A stretch of 48,466 nt of DNA from Candidatus Lambdaproteobacteria bacterium. Its GTDB lineage: Bacteria; SAR324; JACQKK01. The notes beneath the pieces are model-generated. The model was not told the DNA's origin. It did no database searches and worked only from the letters and a program-made list of their open reading frames with translations. Positions 9,429 to 18,052 of this stretch are shown here, in pieces. The position numbers and the translations under genes were made by a program. Positions within the stretch are counted from its first letter, which is position 1. Every line of letters starts with the position of its first letter. The stretch lies in contig JACQHH010000159.1 in assembly GCA_016199125.1 (NCBI GenBank), forward strand, positions 1 through 48,466, read 5' to 3'.

Positions 9429-10019
9429 GGTGGATGCTCCTCCAGGTTGGGGATTCCAATTGCGACAAGTGATGTTTCTCCTCCCCCCTCGAAATAGTGT
9501 TCAGGCGCTCCAGCGCCCAAGGGCACCGGAGCGGGCAGCCAGGCGTGTCGAAACCTCCTCGGGCGAGATGCGGCAGACGCTTCTGCGGGGGGCGCCATGG
9601 CACTTCGTGACGCCCAAATGATGTGAAATACCGGCTGTGGCTCCGGGTTGAATTGTCTATTCGTTCGCAACTGCGACCAAACCGCGCCGCAGGCGGAACA
9701 CTTGGAACGGCTGTCGGCGCAACCATAGAACAGCCGCGCAGCATTGTCGAGTACACACATCACAACGCCACTGCAAAACGCAATAGCACAGTCCGGCTGG
9801 CATGCTGTGAAGCTGGAAAAAGAGCAGAAGACCCGCCGGCCGTTGGGGCGTGTTGGGTAGGCGCCCCGTACCGCGGACCTTCTGCGTCGGGAGGACTGAG
9901 ACGAAGCGAATACTGCGCGGGTCGCGGCCGCCGCGACCAATGCGGCCATGGCGGCCGCGAGGATCCAGCGTATGGTCTTACCGTGAATATTCAGCGGCGG
10001 CCCGGATGCGTGCCGCCCG

Positions 10020-11159
10020 TTAGAATTTCACCTTGAGGCCCAATCGCAGCGAGCTGGCCGTAACGGCCTTCGCGCCGCTCGCGCCGCCTTGGGAAGTCGA
10101 GGTCAGGTATTCGGGATGCACCGACCCGTTGCCGACCTTGTAGGCGTAGCCCACGGCGATGAGCGTGAAGGTGTCGTCCACCGTGTCGCCCTGCGCCGCG
10201 CCGGCCGCGGTGTCCTGCACCGTGGTGGTCTGCGCGTTGTAGAAGCCGTAGAAGTTGGCCGCTTCCACGCTGAGGCCGAAGCCGTTGCCGGCGATCTTCA
10301 CGCAGTCGGGATCGCCGCCCGCGGAGGCGCTGTCCACGCAGCCCAGCGTCTTGGTCTCGTAGTCGATGCCGATGGTGGCTGCGTCCAGGTTGACCCGGGC
10401 GGCCAGGCCCGTGCCCGTGCTGCTCACGGTGCTGGCCTTTGCTCCGGCGGCCTTTTCGCCATCGGCGTAGCTGCCGGAGGCCATGGCGATGCGCAGGGCC
10501 AGGTCGACCGGCCCGAACGTGGCGTCCACGTGAGGCATCAGCGTCTGGTTGCCGTACTTCGCATCGCCCGTGGGAGTGCCGGGATTGGCCAGCGTGCCCG
10601 CGTTCCCGCCGCAGGCGGGTTGGCAGGCCGTGAGGATCATCAGCCCGGCATTGAGATTGCCGGCCTTGTAGAGCAGGTTGATCGAGCCCACGTCATCGCC
10701 CTTGAATCCGCCGCCCATGGTCGAGCCCAGCCGGGCCGGCGTCTCCATGACCTCCAGGTCCGTGTACGCCGAGGGCACCCCGGCGGTGCGCCCGATTTCC
10801 ACCGCGAAGTTCTGCGCGGCGTTCCAGCCCACCACCAGCCGGATGGTCTGCAGGGCGCCGGTGGCAAAGGTGTCCTTATTCTCATAGGCACCGCCCACCT
10901 GCCGGCCGCGCGCCCGCAGCCGCAACTCGAAATACAGCGGTTCCTTGTCGTAACCGGTGTTGCGCAGGCGCAGGTTGCTTTCGATCACCGAGTGGAAGTT
11001 GCTGCGGCTGGTCACGCCGTCGTCTTCGGCATAGGTGCCGAAGGCGGCCTTGGCGTCGCCGAACATGTAGAATTTGGGCGCATCGCTCTGCGCCTGGGCC
11101 GCCGTGGCGCCGACTACGAGCGCCGCTGTCAACAGCCATCCGATTGCAATCTTGTGCAT
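10020..11159 (-). CDS. Outer-membrane beta-barrel protein (porin-like), substrate unknown
   Basis: Start at ATG 11157-11159 (MHKIAIGWLLTAALVVGATAAQAQ signal peptide). Alternating amphipathic strands and the C-terminal LRLGLKVKF (terminal Phe) are typical of OM barrels. The track ORF extends in frame to 11498, but that extension is not protein-like. Confidence 0.7.
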   Translation of the reverse strand: MHKIAIGWLLTAALVVGATAAQAQSDAPKFYMFGDAKAAFGTYAEDDGVTSRSNFHSVIESNLRLRNTGYDKEPLYFELRLRARGRQVGGAYENKDTFATGALQTIRLVVGWNAAQNFAVEIGRTAGVPSAYTDLEVMETPARLGSTMGGGFKGDDVGSINLLYKAGNLNAGLMILTACQPACGGNAGTLANPGTPTGDAKYGNQTLMPHVDATFGPVDLALRIAMASGSYADGEKAAGAKASTVSSTGTGLAARVNLDAATIGIDYETKTLGCVDSASAGGDPDCVKIAGNGFGLSVEAANFYGFYNAQTTTVQDTAAGAAQGDTVDDTFTLIAVGYAYKVGNGSVHPEYLTSTSQGGASGAKAVTASSLRLGLKVKF

Positions 11160-11402
11160 GACGTTCCTTGCGAGAAAGTGGGGTTGCGTGCCCGTGCCGC
11201 CGGAGAGGGTCTCCCTGGCGACCGTGGCGCACATGCTCGGGCCGCGCCCGGCTGATGCTTCCCACCAGCCGGCGCGGCATCTCCCGTGACGCGTCCCCGT
11301 CATGTCGTCCCCGCTGCGGGCGCCCTTGAAGGCGCTGTCGCGAGGTGGTGACGGCACAGGCGGCGGACACCGCTGCAACCGGCGTCCTTGCCCATCGTTT
11401 CT

Positions 11403-11431
11403 TATTTGAGACTGAGATGCAATCTCAAATA
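11403..11431. repeat. 9-bp inverted repeat inside an AT-rich island upstream of the porin gene
   Basis: TATTTGAGA (11403-11411) / 11 nt / TCTCAAATA (11423-11431). Nested within it are GAGAT-gca-ATCTC and ATGCAA...TTGCAT (to 11438). This is a locally AT-rich patch in an otherwise GC-rich region. Confidence 0.8.
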
Positions 11432-11592
11432 TTTGCATGAACCGCGCGTCGGCGCACCTGTCGGATGTCGTTTCAGTACGCATCCAGCGTGACAGCAAAC
11501 AGTTCTTGAAGGCAAACCGAAAACGCGATTGAGACCTAGTATCATATCATTGCATCCCTGCGCGGCGATGCAGTCGTGGGGCGCTACCGGAA

Positions 11593-12579
11593 CTATTCCA
11601 GCAGGGCCAGTTGGCGTTGGGCGACCGAGGCCGGCAGGGGCAGGTAGCCGTCCTTGATCACGACCTGCTGCCCTTCGCGGGAGAGGGCGAGCCTGAGAAA
11701 CTCGCGCACGACCGGGGACATCGGCTTGTTGGGCGCCTTGGCCACGTAGATGTAGAGCATGCGCGAGAGGGGATATTTGCCGCTCAGGACGTGCTCGTAG
11801 CTGCCGTCAAAGGCTTCCTCACCCTGCTTTTCCGCCAGCTTGAGCACTTTCACGCCCGAGGTGCGGTAGCCGATGCCGGAATAGCCGATACCGGACAGGT
11901 CTTCGGTCACGCCCAGCACCACCGCGGCCGAGCCAGGCTGCTCCTTGACCGTGTCCTTGTAGTCGCCTTTGAACAGCGCCTCCTCCTTGAAGTAGCCGTA
12001 GGTGCCCGAGGCGGAGTTGCGGCCGTAGAGGCTGATCGGCTTGTTCGCCCAGCTTCCGCTGAGGCCCACCTGGCCCCAGGTCGCGATGGCCTCCGGCAGG
12101 CCGCCGCGGCGGCTCTTGGAGAAGATGGCGTCCACTTGTGGCAGGGTCAGGCTTTGCAGCGGGTTGTCCTTGTTGACATAGACGGCCAGGGCGTCGAGGG
12201 CCACGCCGATGCGGGTGGGCTTGAAGCCGTGGCGCTTCTCGAAGGCCTCGATTTCGCTGGCCTTCATGGTGCGCGACATGGGGCCCAACTGCGCGGTGCC
12301 CTCGGCCAGCGCCGGCGGGGCCGTGCTGGAACCCTTGCCTTCCACCTGGATGTTCACGTTGGGATAGACTTTGCGAAAGGATTCGGACCACAGGGTCATC
12401 AGGTTGTTCAGCGTGTCGGAACCGATGCTGTTGAGGTTCCCGCTGATGCCGCCCACGGAATGGTAGGCTTTGATGGCGGGATCGACGCTGACCGGCTGCG
12501 CCTGGGTCGTCGCGGCGTTCGCGCCACTGACCAGCAGCGCCAGACCCAGCAACAACGCGAGAATGATTGATTTGCTCAT
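11593..12579 (-). CDS. pstS: Phosphate ABC transporter substrate-binding protein (PstS family)
   Basis: Signal peptide MSKSIILALLLGLALLVSGANA. GSDTLNNLMTLW, EGKGSSTAPPAL and SASGTYGYF motifs of PBP-like-2/PstS proteins. GGAGGA RBS. Divergent from phoBR. Confidence 0.85.
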   Translation of the reverse strand: MSKSIILALLLGLALLVSGANAATTQAQPVSVDPAIKAYHSVGGISGNLNSIGSDTLNNLMTLWSESFRKVYPNVNIQVEGKGSSTAPPALAEGTAQLGPMSRTMKASEIEAFEKRHGFKPTRIGVALDALAVYVNKDNPLQSLTLPQVDAIFSKSRRGGLPEAIATWGQVGLSGSWANKPISLYGRNSASGTYGYFKEEALFKGDYKDTVKEQPGSAAVVLGVTEDLSGIGYSGIGYRTSGVKVLKLAEKQGEEAFDGSYEHVLSGKYPLSRMLYIYVAKAPNKPMSPVVREFLRLALSREGQQVVIKDGYLPLPASVAQRQLALLE

Positions 12580-12689
12580 CGAGGTTGTTCCTCCAAGTGT
12601 ACGTTGGCATTGATCTGCCCGGGTCGCCGCCGCGGCTGTCGTCGGCGGCGATTCAGTTGCACCCGATGACTCCAGCGTAGAGGAAGCGC

Positions 12690-12751
12690 GTTAGCGCACG
12701 ATGAGCGCCGTGCACGGGAACGATGAGCATTGCGTGGCCGCCGCGTTAGCG
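12690..12751. promoter_or_regulatory. Phased hexamer repeats (array A): candidate Pho boxes on the pstS side
   Basis: GTTAGC 12690, ATGAGC 12701, ATGAGC 12723, GTTAGC 12745. All spacings are multiples of 11 bp. The intervening slot at 12734 is degenerate (GTGGCC). Confidence 0.35.
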
Positions 12752-12781
12752 CGTGGCGACGTTGTGCGCGGCGGTCGGCAT

Positions 12782-12825
12782 GTTAGCCTGCGGTGAGCTG
12801 TTGGTGAGAAATCCGTGAGCGACGC
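12782..12825 (+). promoter_or_regulatory. Four consecutive 11-bp direct repeat units (array B): candidate tandem Pho boxes upstream of phoB
   Basis: GTTAGCCtgcg / GTGAGCTgttg / GTGAGAAatcc / GTGAGCGacgc, starting at 12782, 12793, 12804 and 12815, exactly 11 bp apart. A possible -10 TAGGAT lies at 12848-12853. The phoB GTG is at 12913. Confidence 0.45.
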
Positions 12826-12912
12826 GCCAAACGCCTTGCTGCGCGGTTAGGATGGGGAAGCAACGCGCAGCGTGGTCCATCCGGCACAGGCTCAACGAAC
12901 TGAGGATCGGTC

Positions 12913-13596
12913 GTGAACGAGCACATCGTCGTCGTCGAGGACGAAGAGGATATTCAGGAGCTCTTCGCCCACGTGCTGAAACAGGAAGGATTCCGTGTGA
13001 CCCTCAGCGCCAGCGGCGAGGAGGCTCTGCGCCTGCTGGAGCGCCATCCCCCCGACCTGCTGCTGCTGGACCTCATGCTGCCGGGCATCGACGGGCTGGG
13101 CGTGTGCCGACGCATGAAGGAACAGCCCGCCACGCGCCACGTGCCGATCATCATGGTCACGGCCAAGGGCGAGGAGAGCGACATCGTCACCGGCCTGGAG
13201 CTGGGCGCGGACGACTACCTGCCCAAACCCTTCAGTCCGCGGGTGCTCGTGGCCCGTATCCGTTCGGTGTTGCGGCGCCGTGCCGGTCCAGCGGCCGATG
13301 CGGAGAGCCCGCTGGAACGGGGGCCGCTGTACATCTATCCCGGGCGGCGCGAGGTGCGCCTGGATGGCGCGGCGCTGCAGCTCACGTACAGCGAATTCGA
13401 GCTGCTGCATTTCCTGGCGCGCAGGCCGGGCTGGGTGTTCACGCGCAACCAGATCGTGGAGGCCGTGCACGGCCAGGACTACCACGTCACGGACCGCTCC
13501 GTGGACGTGCAGATCGTGGGGCTGCGCAAGAAGCTGGGGCCGCACGGGCGCATGATCGAAACCATCCGCGGTGTGGGGTACCGCTTCAATGACTAG
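12913..13596 (+). CDS. phoB: OmpR-family response regulator, PhoB-like
   Basis: Receiver domain VVVEDEEDI...DLLLLDLMLPGIDG...KPF. Winged-helix output domain ELLHFLARRPGWVFTRNQI...VDVQIVGLRKKL...IETIRGVGYRF. GTG start with GAGGA RBS. Adjacent to pstS and phoR. Confidence 0.88.
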   Translation: MNEHIVVVEDEEDIQELFAHVLKQEGFRVTLSASGEEALRLLERHPPDLLLLDLMLPGIDGLGVCRRMKEQPATRHVPIIMVTAKGEESDIVTGLELGADDYLPKPFSPRVLVARIRSVLRRRAGPAADAESPLERGPLYIYPGRREVRLDGAALQLTYSEFELLHFLARRPGWVFTRNQIVEAVHGQDYHVTDRSVDVQIVGLRKKLGPHGRMIETIRGVGYRFND

Positions 13597-15385
13597 CCAC
13601 GACGGCGGAACGGCGCTGTTCCGGACGCTGTTCATCACCCAACTGCTGATCACCCTGGCCGCGCTGCTGGCCGTGGGCGTCTATTTCCTGCACACCTTCT
13701 ACGGCTTCAACCTGGGCCTGTGGCAGGACGAGCTGCGGCGCCGGGCCGAGCTGTCGCAGCTCCTGCTGGTCCCGCCGCTGGCCGCGGGCGACCACACGGC
13801 GGTGGATGCCATGGCCAAGACCCTGGGCCGGCGCTCGGGCAATCGCTTCACCGTGGTCCTGCCCAACGGGCGCGTGGTGGGCGATTCGCACCACGACCCC
13901 GCGGCCATGGAGAACCACGGCGGCCGGCCCGAGGTGCTGCAGGCCCTGGACGAGGGCCTGGGCACCAGCGTGCGCTTCAGCCGCACCGCCGGCGAGGAGC
14001 AGGTCTACGTGGCCCTGCCCGTGCGCGCGGAAGAGCGCCTGCTGGGCATCGTGCGCGTGTCGTCGCCGTCGGCCGGCCTGTGGAGCGCCATCCGGGGCCT
14101 GTTGGCGCAACTGGCGCTGATCGGCACGGCCGTCGTGCTGCTGTCGGCCTGGGCCTCGCTGGCCCTGGCGCGGCGCATCACGCGGCCCATCGGCGAGATC
14201 ATCCGGGCCGCCGAGCGCTACGCCGCCGGGGAGCTGGGCTATCGCCTGCCCCTGGGGCCCGCCGGGGAGCTGAGCCGCCTGGCCCAGCGGCTGAACCAGA
14301 TGGCCGCGCAACTGCAGGAGATGATCGAGACCATCACCCACGAGCGTAACCGGCAGCAGGCCGTGCTGAGCAGCATGATCGAGGGCGTGATGGCCGTGGA
14401 TCAGGAGCGGCGCATCATCAATCTCAATCCGGCCGCGGCCGCGCTGTTCCGCGTCACCACGGCCCAGGCCCACGGGCAGCCCGTGGACGCCGTGGTGCGC
14501 AACCTGGACCTGCAGGCCTTCATCTTCAGCGCGCTGCAGACCATGCACACGGCGGAAACGGAGCTGCGCCTGTCCGACGACCGGGAGCAGGTGCTGCAGG
14601 CGCGCAGCACGCCCTTGCGCGACGCCCAGCAGCGGGCCGTGGGGCTGGTGCTGGTGATGCACGATGTGACGCGCCTGCGGCGGTTGGAGCAGGTGCGCAC
14701 CGATTTCGTGGCCAACGTCTCCCACGAATTGCGCACGCCGATCACGGCCATCCACGGCTTCGTGGAAACGCTGCTGGCGGAGGACTGGGACGATCCGCAA
14801 CAGGCCCGTCATTTTCTGGGCATCGTGGCCCGGCAATCCCAGCGCCTGAACCAGATCCTGGAAGACCTGCTCACCCTGTCGCGCCTGGAGCAGGGCCAGG
14901 ACTTCGAGGTGCTGCCCACGCACCTGCGGCAAATCGCCGAGGCGGCGGCCGCCGCCTGCGCAGCCAAGGCGCGCGACAAGCACATTGAACTGGTGCTGGA
15001 GACCGAGGGCGATGTGCTGGCCAACGTCAATCCCTCCCTGCTCGAGCAGGCCCTGGTGAACCTGATCGACAATGCCATCAAGTACAGCGAGGCGGGCCGG
15101 AGCGTATACGTGGCCACGGGCAGGGCGGGCGGCGAGGCGTTCCTGCGGGTGACCGACCAGGGGCCCGGGATCGAGCACAGCCACCTGCCGCGGCTGTTCG
15201 AGCGCTTTTACCGCGTGGACAAGGCGCGCAGCCGCAACCTGGGCGGCACGGGGCTGGGTCTGGCCATCGTCAAGCACATCGCCCAGATTCACCACGGGCG
15301 CGTGGCGGTGGAAAGCACGCCGGGCCGCGGCAGCATCTTCAGCATTCTGCTGCCCCCGAGCGTCGAGGTGCCCGCGCACACATAA
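13589..15385 (+). CDS. phoR: Sensor histidine kinase, PhoR-like (2 TM, HAMP, PAS, HisKA, HATPase_c)
   Basis: ATG 13589 overlaps the phoB stop (AATGACTAG). H-box FVANVSHELRTPITAI, N-box LVNLIDNAIKYS, G1 TDQGPGI, G2 GGTGLGLAIVKH. Confidence 0.85.
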   Translation: MTSHDGGTALFRTLFITQLLITLAALLAVGVYFLHTFYGFNLGLWQDELRRRAELSQLLLVPPLAAGDHTAVDAMAKTLGRRSGNRFTVVLPNGRVVGDSHHDPAAMENHGGRPEVLQALDEGLGTSVRFSRTAGEEQVYVALPVRAEERLLGIVRVSSPSAGLWSAIRGLLAQLALIGTAVVLLSAWASLALARRITRPIGEIIRAAERYAAGELGYRLPLGPAGELSRLAQRLNQMAAQLQEMIETITHERNRQQAVLSSMIEGVMAVDQERRIINLNPAAAALFRVTTAQAHGQPVDAVVRNLDLQAFIFSALQTMHTAETELRLSDDREQVLQARSTPLRDAQQRAVGLVLVMHDVTRLRRLEQVRTDFVANVSHELRTPITAIHGFVETLLAEDWDDPQQARHFLGIVARQSQRLNQILEDLLTLSRLEQGQDFEVLPTHLRQIAEAAAAACAAKARDKHIELVLETEGDVLANVNPSLLEQALVNLIDNAIKYSEAGRSVYVATGRAGGEAFLRVTDQGPGIEHSHLPRLFERFYRVDKARSRNLGGTGLGLAIVKHIAQIHHGRVAVESTPGRGSIFSILLPPSVEVPAHT

Positions 15386-15900
15386 CCAGGCCAGATGGCC
15401 TCGCCGCCTTCGCGGCCGCCTGGGCATCAGGTGAACATGTGATCCTCACAATTGCCCGGGCGGTACCGGTTCGCCCTGTCCCGGGTCGTGGCGGCGGATC
15501 CGTGGAAATCATTCTCGATATCATCCTCCGCAGGCCAATCCGGCAAGCGGGACTTGCTTCGTCAGCCATGAGCCACGCCACGCCGCGGGCGGGACTTCCC
15601 GCCTGTCGTCGCGGCGCCCGCCCATCCCTGCGGAATGTCTGAGTTTGCAAATTATTTTAGATGTTTAGAGATCCTCCGCTCTCGCAAGGCGTGGCGCGGC
15701 CGGCAATCGGTCGTGGATCGCGCGGCGTCTTCCCAGGTCTTGCCTGTGGCAGGAATCGCTGGACTGCGGCCATGCCCGCCGCATTTTCGTGGCCATTGAT
15801 TCTCCGCTCGTGGTATACCCGTGTGACGACCGTAATTGGCGGTTGTCTGCAGTTCCATCTGGGAAATGCACAGCGCAGCAATTTACCAGAGGAGCCAAGT

Positions 15901-16335
15901 ATGAATCTGCTCTCCATAGCCCACGTTCCGATCGTTCAGGTATCTCCCAAAGACACCGTGATGCAGGCCATCGATGCGTCGCTGCCGGCCAAGGTAGGGG
16001 CCGTCGCCGTGGTTGATGGTGGCCGGCTGGTCGGCATCTTCACGGAGCGGGACGTGATGTTCAAGGTCGTGCACCGCCACCTGGATCCCGAGAAGACCCT
16101 GGTCGAATCGGTGATGACGGCGCCGGTGCACACCGTGCGGTCCTCCATGCCCGTGGAGCGGGTGCTGCAAATGATGCTGGACAAGCACATCCGGCACCTG
16201 CCCGTTTCCCAGGACGGAATCACGGCCGACGGCATGCTTTCCATCCGCAATGTGCTGCAATTCATGGTCACCGATCTCAAGGATGACGTGCAGTACATGG
16301 CAAACTTCATCGGGGCGGACAGCCCGGGGGGCTGA
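15901..16335 (+). CDS. Stand-alone CBS-domain pair protein
   Basis: ATG 15901 preceded by GAGGAG. 144 aa with two CBS repeats (PKDTVMQAIDA...AVAVVDGGRLVGIFTERDV and APVHTVRSSMPVERVLQMMLDKHIRHLPVSQDG...GMLSIRNVL). The upstream in-frame extension of the track ORF is not protein-like. Confidence 0.85.
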   Translation: MNLLSIAHVPIVQVSPKDTVMQAIDASLPAKVGAVAVVDGGRLVGIFTERDVMFKVVHRHLDPEKTLVESVMTAPVHTVRSSMPVERVLQMMLDKHIRHLPVSQDGITADGMLSIRNVLQFMVTDLKDDVQYMANFIGADSPGG

Positions 16336-16440
16336 GCCGGCAAGCCGCGGCGCCACGGCCCTGCCGTGTCCGCCCTGAGCGCATGCACTGAGCCTTCGAC
16401 CTTGAGCCTCAGAAGCTGAAACACGTGGTTTTCGGGGATT

Positions 16441-16476
16441 CCCACCGACGCGGTGGGGGTGGCGTCCGCTGTTTTT
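16441..16476 (+). terminator. Weak candidate terminator after the CBS gene
   Basis: CCCACCG-ACG-CGGTGGG (16441-16457), then a T5 run at 16472-16476. The 14-nt gap between stem and T-run weakens the call. Confidence 0.3.
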
Positions 16477-16691
16477 GCCATGGCTCCCTGCGGCGTCCCG
16501 GTGCCCCCGCTCCCGGTCGTGCCCGGCCGGGTGCCACGCCGTGATGGTCACGTGGTGACGCTCGGCGCGCTTCGCGCGTTTCCCTGGGCGCCCGTCTCTG
16601 CTATCATCGCGCCTGCTGCCGCAGGCGCAGCGCGTCGTTGCGCAGCGCCATCACCCGCTCCGCCGCATCATCCGCCGGAGGTTCCGCGCGC

Positions 16692-17798
16692 GTGTCTCTG
16701 TCCCTGTCGCTCCCCCGGCTCCGCCGGCTTGCGCGCCGGCTTGCCCTGATCCTGCTGTGGCTGGTCTACCTGCTGGTGCTGATTCAGCTCGCCGGGTGGA
16801 TCTGGTTCGGACTGGGGATCGGCCGCCCCATCGAAAGCTACGGCTATCCGGTGGGCCTGTTCGCACCCCACGACAAGCTGGACTACTTCTACACGCCCCA
16901 CTTTCAAGGCCACTTCAACGGGGGGGCCTACCAGGACATTCCCATCCGCATCAACGGGCAGGGCTTTCGCGACGACGAATTCGGTCCCAAGTCCCCCGGC
17001 CGGAAGCGGCTGGTGGTGCTGGGCGATTCGGTGGTCTTCGGCGCGGGCGCGCGGGAGGAGCAGCGCTTCACGGAGCTGCTGCAGGCCGAGCCCCCCGCGG
17101 GTGCGGCCCCTCTGGAGGTGCTCAATCTGGGCGTGAATTCCTACACCTTCGGTCACTACCTGGCCTTGGCGGAGGCGGGCTTCCTGGGCCTGGCGCCCGA
17201 TGCGGTACTGGTGGGCTTTACGCTCAACGACAACGACCCGCGTAGCCGCGCCTGGCCGGCCGAGAAGGCGGGCCGGGGCGAGCAGGCCGCGCCGGGCACG
17301 GAGGATCGCGTGCGCCAGTGGCTCTCGCGCCTGGCCGGTGCGCGCCTGTTGCGCGACGTGCGCACGCGCCTGCAATTCGCCGTCATGAACGCCGACGAGC
17401 AGGAGGCCTATCACACCAAGTGGATGCGCCGCGTGGCGGCGTCCTGGCAGGATGCGCAGACGGTGGCCCGCCTGCGCGACGAGCTGGCGCGCTTCCAGGC
17501 GCTGCTGCTTGGCCAAGGCCGGCCGTTCGCCGTGCTGCTGTTTCCGGAGCGCAACGACGTGGCCCGGCCCGGCGCCTTCAATGGGGCGCGCAAGGCCGTG
17601 CTGGGCCTGCTGGAGGAGCGCGGCATCGCCGTGTGCGATCCTTATGACGCCTTTGCGGCGGCGCCGGATGCGGCGGCGCTGTACCTGCCCCAGGACAGCG
17701 TGCATTTCTCGGCGGCCGGGCATCGGCTGCTGGGCACGCTGCTGGCCGCCTGCATCGCCGACGGCCGCGTGCCGCTCGGCCCACCCGCCGGCCGCTGA
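16692..17798 (+). CDS. Membrane-anchored SGNH/GDSL-family hydrolase (esterase/acyl-hydrolase)
   Basis: N-terminal TM LALILLWLVYLLVLIQLAGWIWFGL. Block I VVLGDSVVFG, GVNSYT, block III FTLNDN, block V DSVHFSAAGH (DxxH). Start set at GTG 16692, 10 nt after GGAGG. The track start TTG 16638 is possible. Confidence 0.75.
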   Translation: MSLSLSLPRLRRLARRLALILLWLVYLLVLIQLAGWIWFGLGIGRPIESYGYPVGLFAPHDKLDYFYTPHFQGHFNGGAYQDIPIRINGQGFRDDEFGPKSPGRKRLVVLGDSVVFGAGAREEQRFTELLQAEPPAGAAPLEVLNLGVNSYTFGHYLALAEAGFLGLAPDAVLVGFTLNDNDPRSRAWPAEKAGRGEQAAPGTEDRVRQWLSRLAGARLLRDVRTRLQFAVMNADEQEAYHTKWMRRVAASWQDAQTVARLRDELARFQALLLGQGRPFAVLLFPERNDVARPGAFNGARKAVLGLLEERGIAVCDPYDAFAAAPDAAALYLPQDSVHFSAAGHRLLGTLLAACIADGRVPLGPPAGR

Positions 17799-17899
17799 CC
17801 CCAACGCCCTGGCGCGCGGCATCAGCCCCGCGCGGGCCGCGTTGCGGGCATCGTGGCGCAGGTGCGGCAGACCGTGCCAGCCCGCCGGGACATGCCGCG

Positions 17900-18052
17900 C
17901 TAGAACAACGTGTAGATGAAGGGGGCAATGGCCGAGCCCTGCGTGAACACCAACAGCGTGCCCAGCAGCAGCGACAGCACGATGATGGGCAGCAGCCAGA
18001 ATTTCTTGCGCTCGCGCAGAAACGCCCACAGGTCCTTGAGCAATTCAAACAT
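17900..18052 (-). CDS. 50-aa single-TM peptide, DUF5989 / SxtK-like
   Basis: MFELLKDLWAFLRERKKFWLLPIIVLSLLLGTLLVFTQGSAIAPFIYTLF. Its ATG overlaps the upstream gene stop (TGATG). In the track it is only the tail of a longer, implausible 204-aa ORF. Confidence 0.75.
   Translation of the reverse strand: MFELLKDLWAFLRERKKFWLLPIIVLSLLLGTLLVFTQGSAIAPFIYTLF

Noticed and set aside
10020-11159. Calling the porin a phosphate-specific OprP/OprO homologue
   Set aside because: The only evidence is proximity to pstS. I cannot see family-specific motifs by eye, so it is annotated generically.
15661-15900. N-terminal 80-codon extension of the CBS-domain ORF
   Set aside because: The extension has no RBS and is not protein-like. 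ATG 15901 is preceded by GAGGAG at ideal spacing and yields a standard 144-aa CBS pair.
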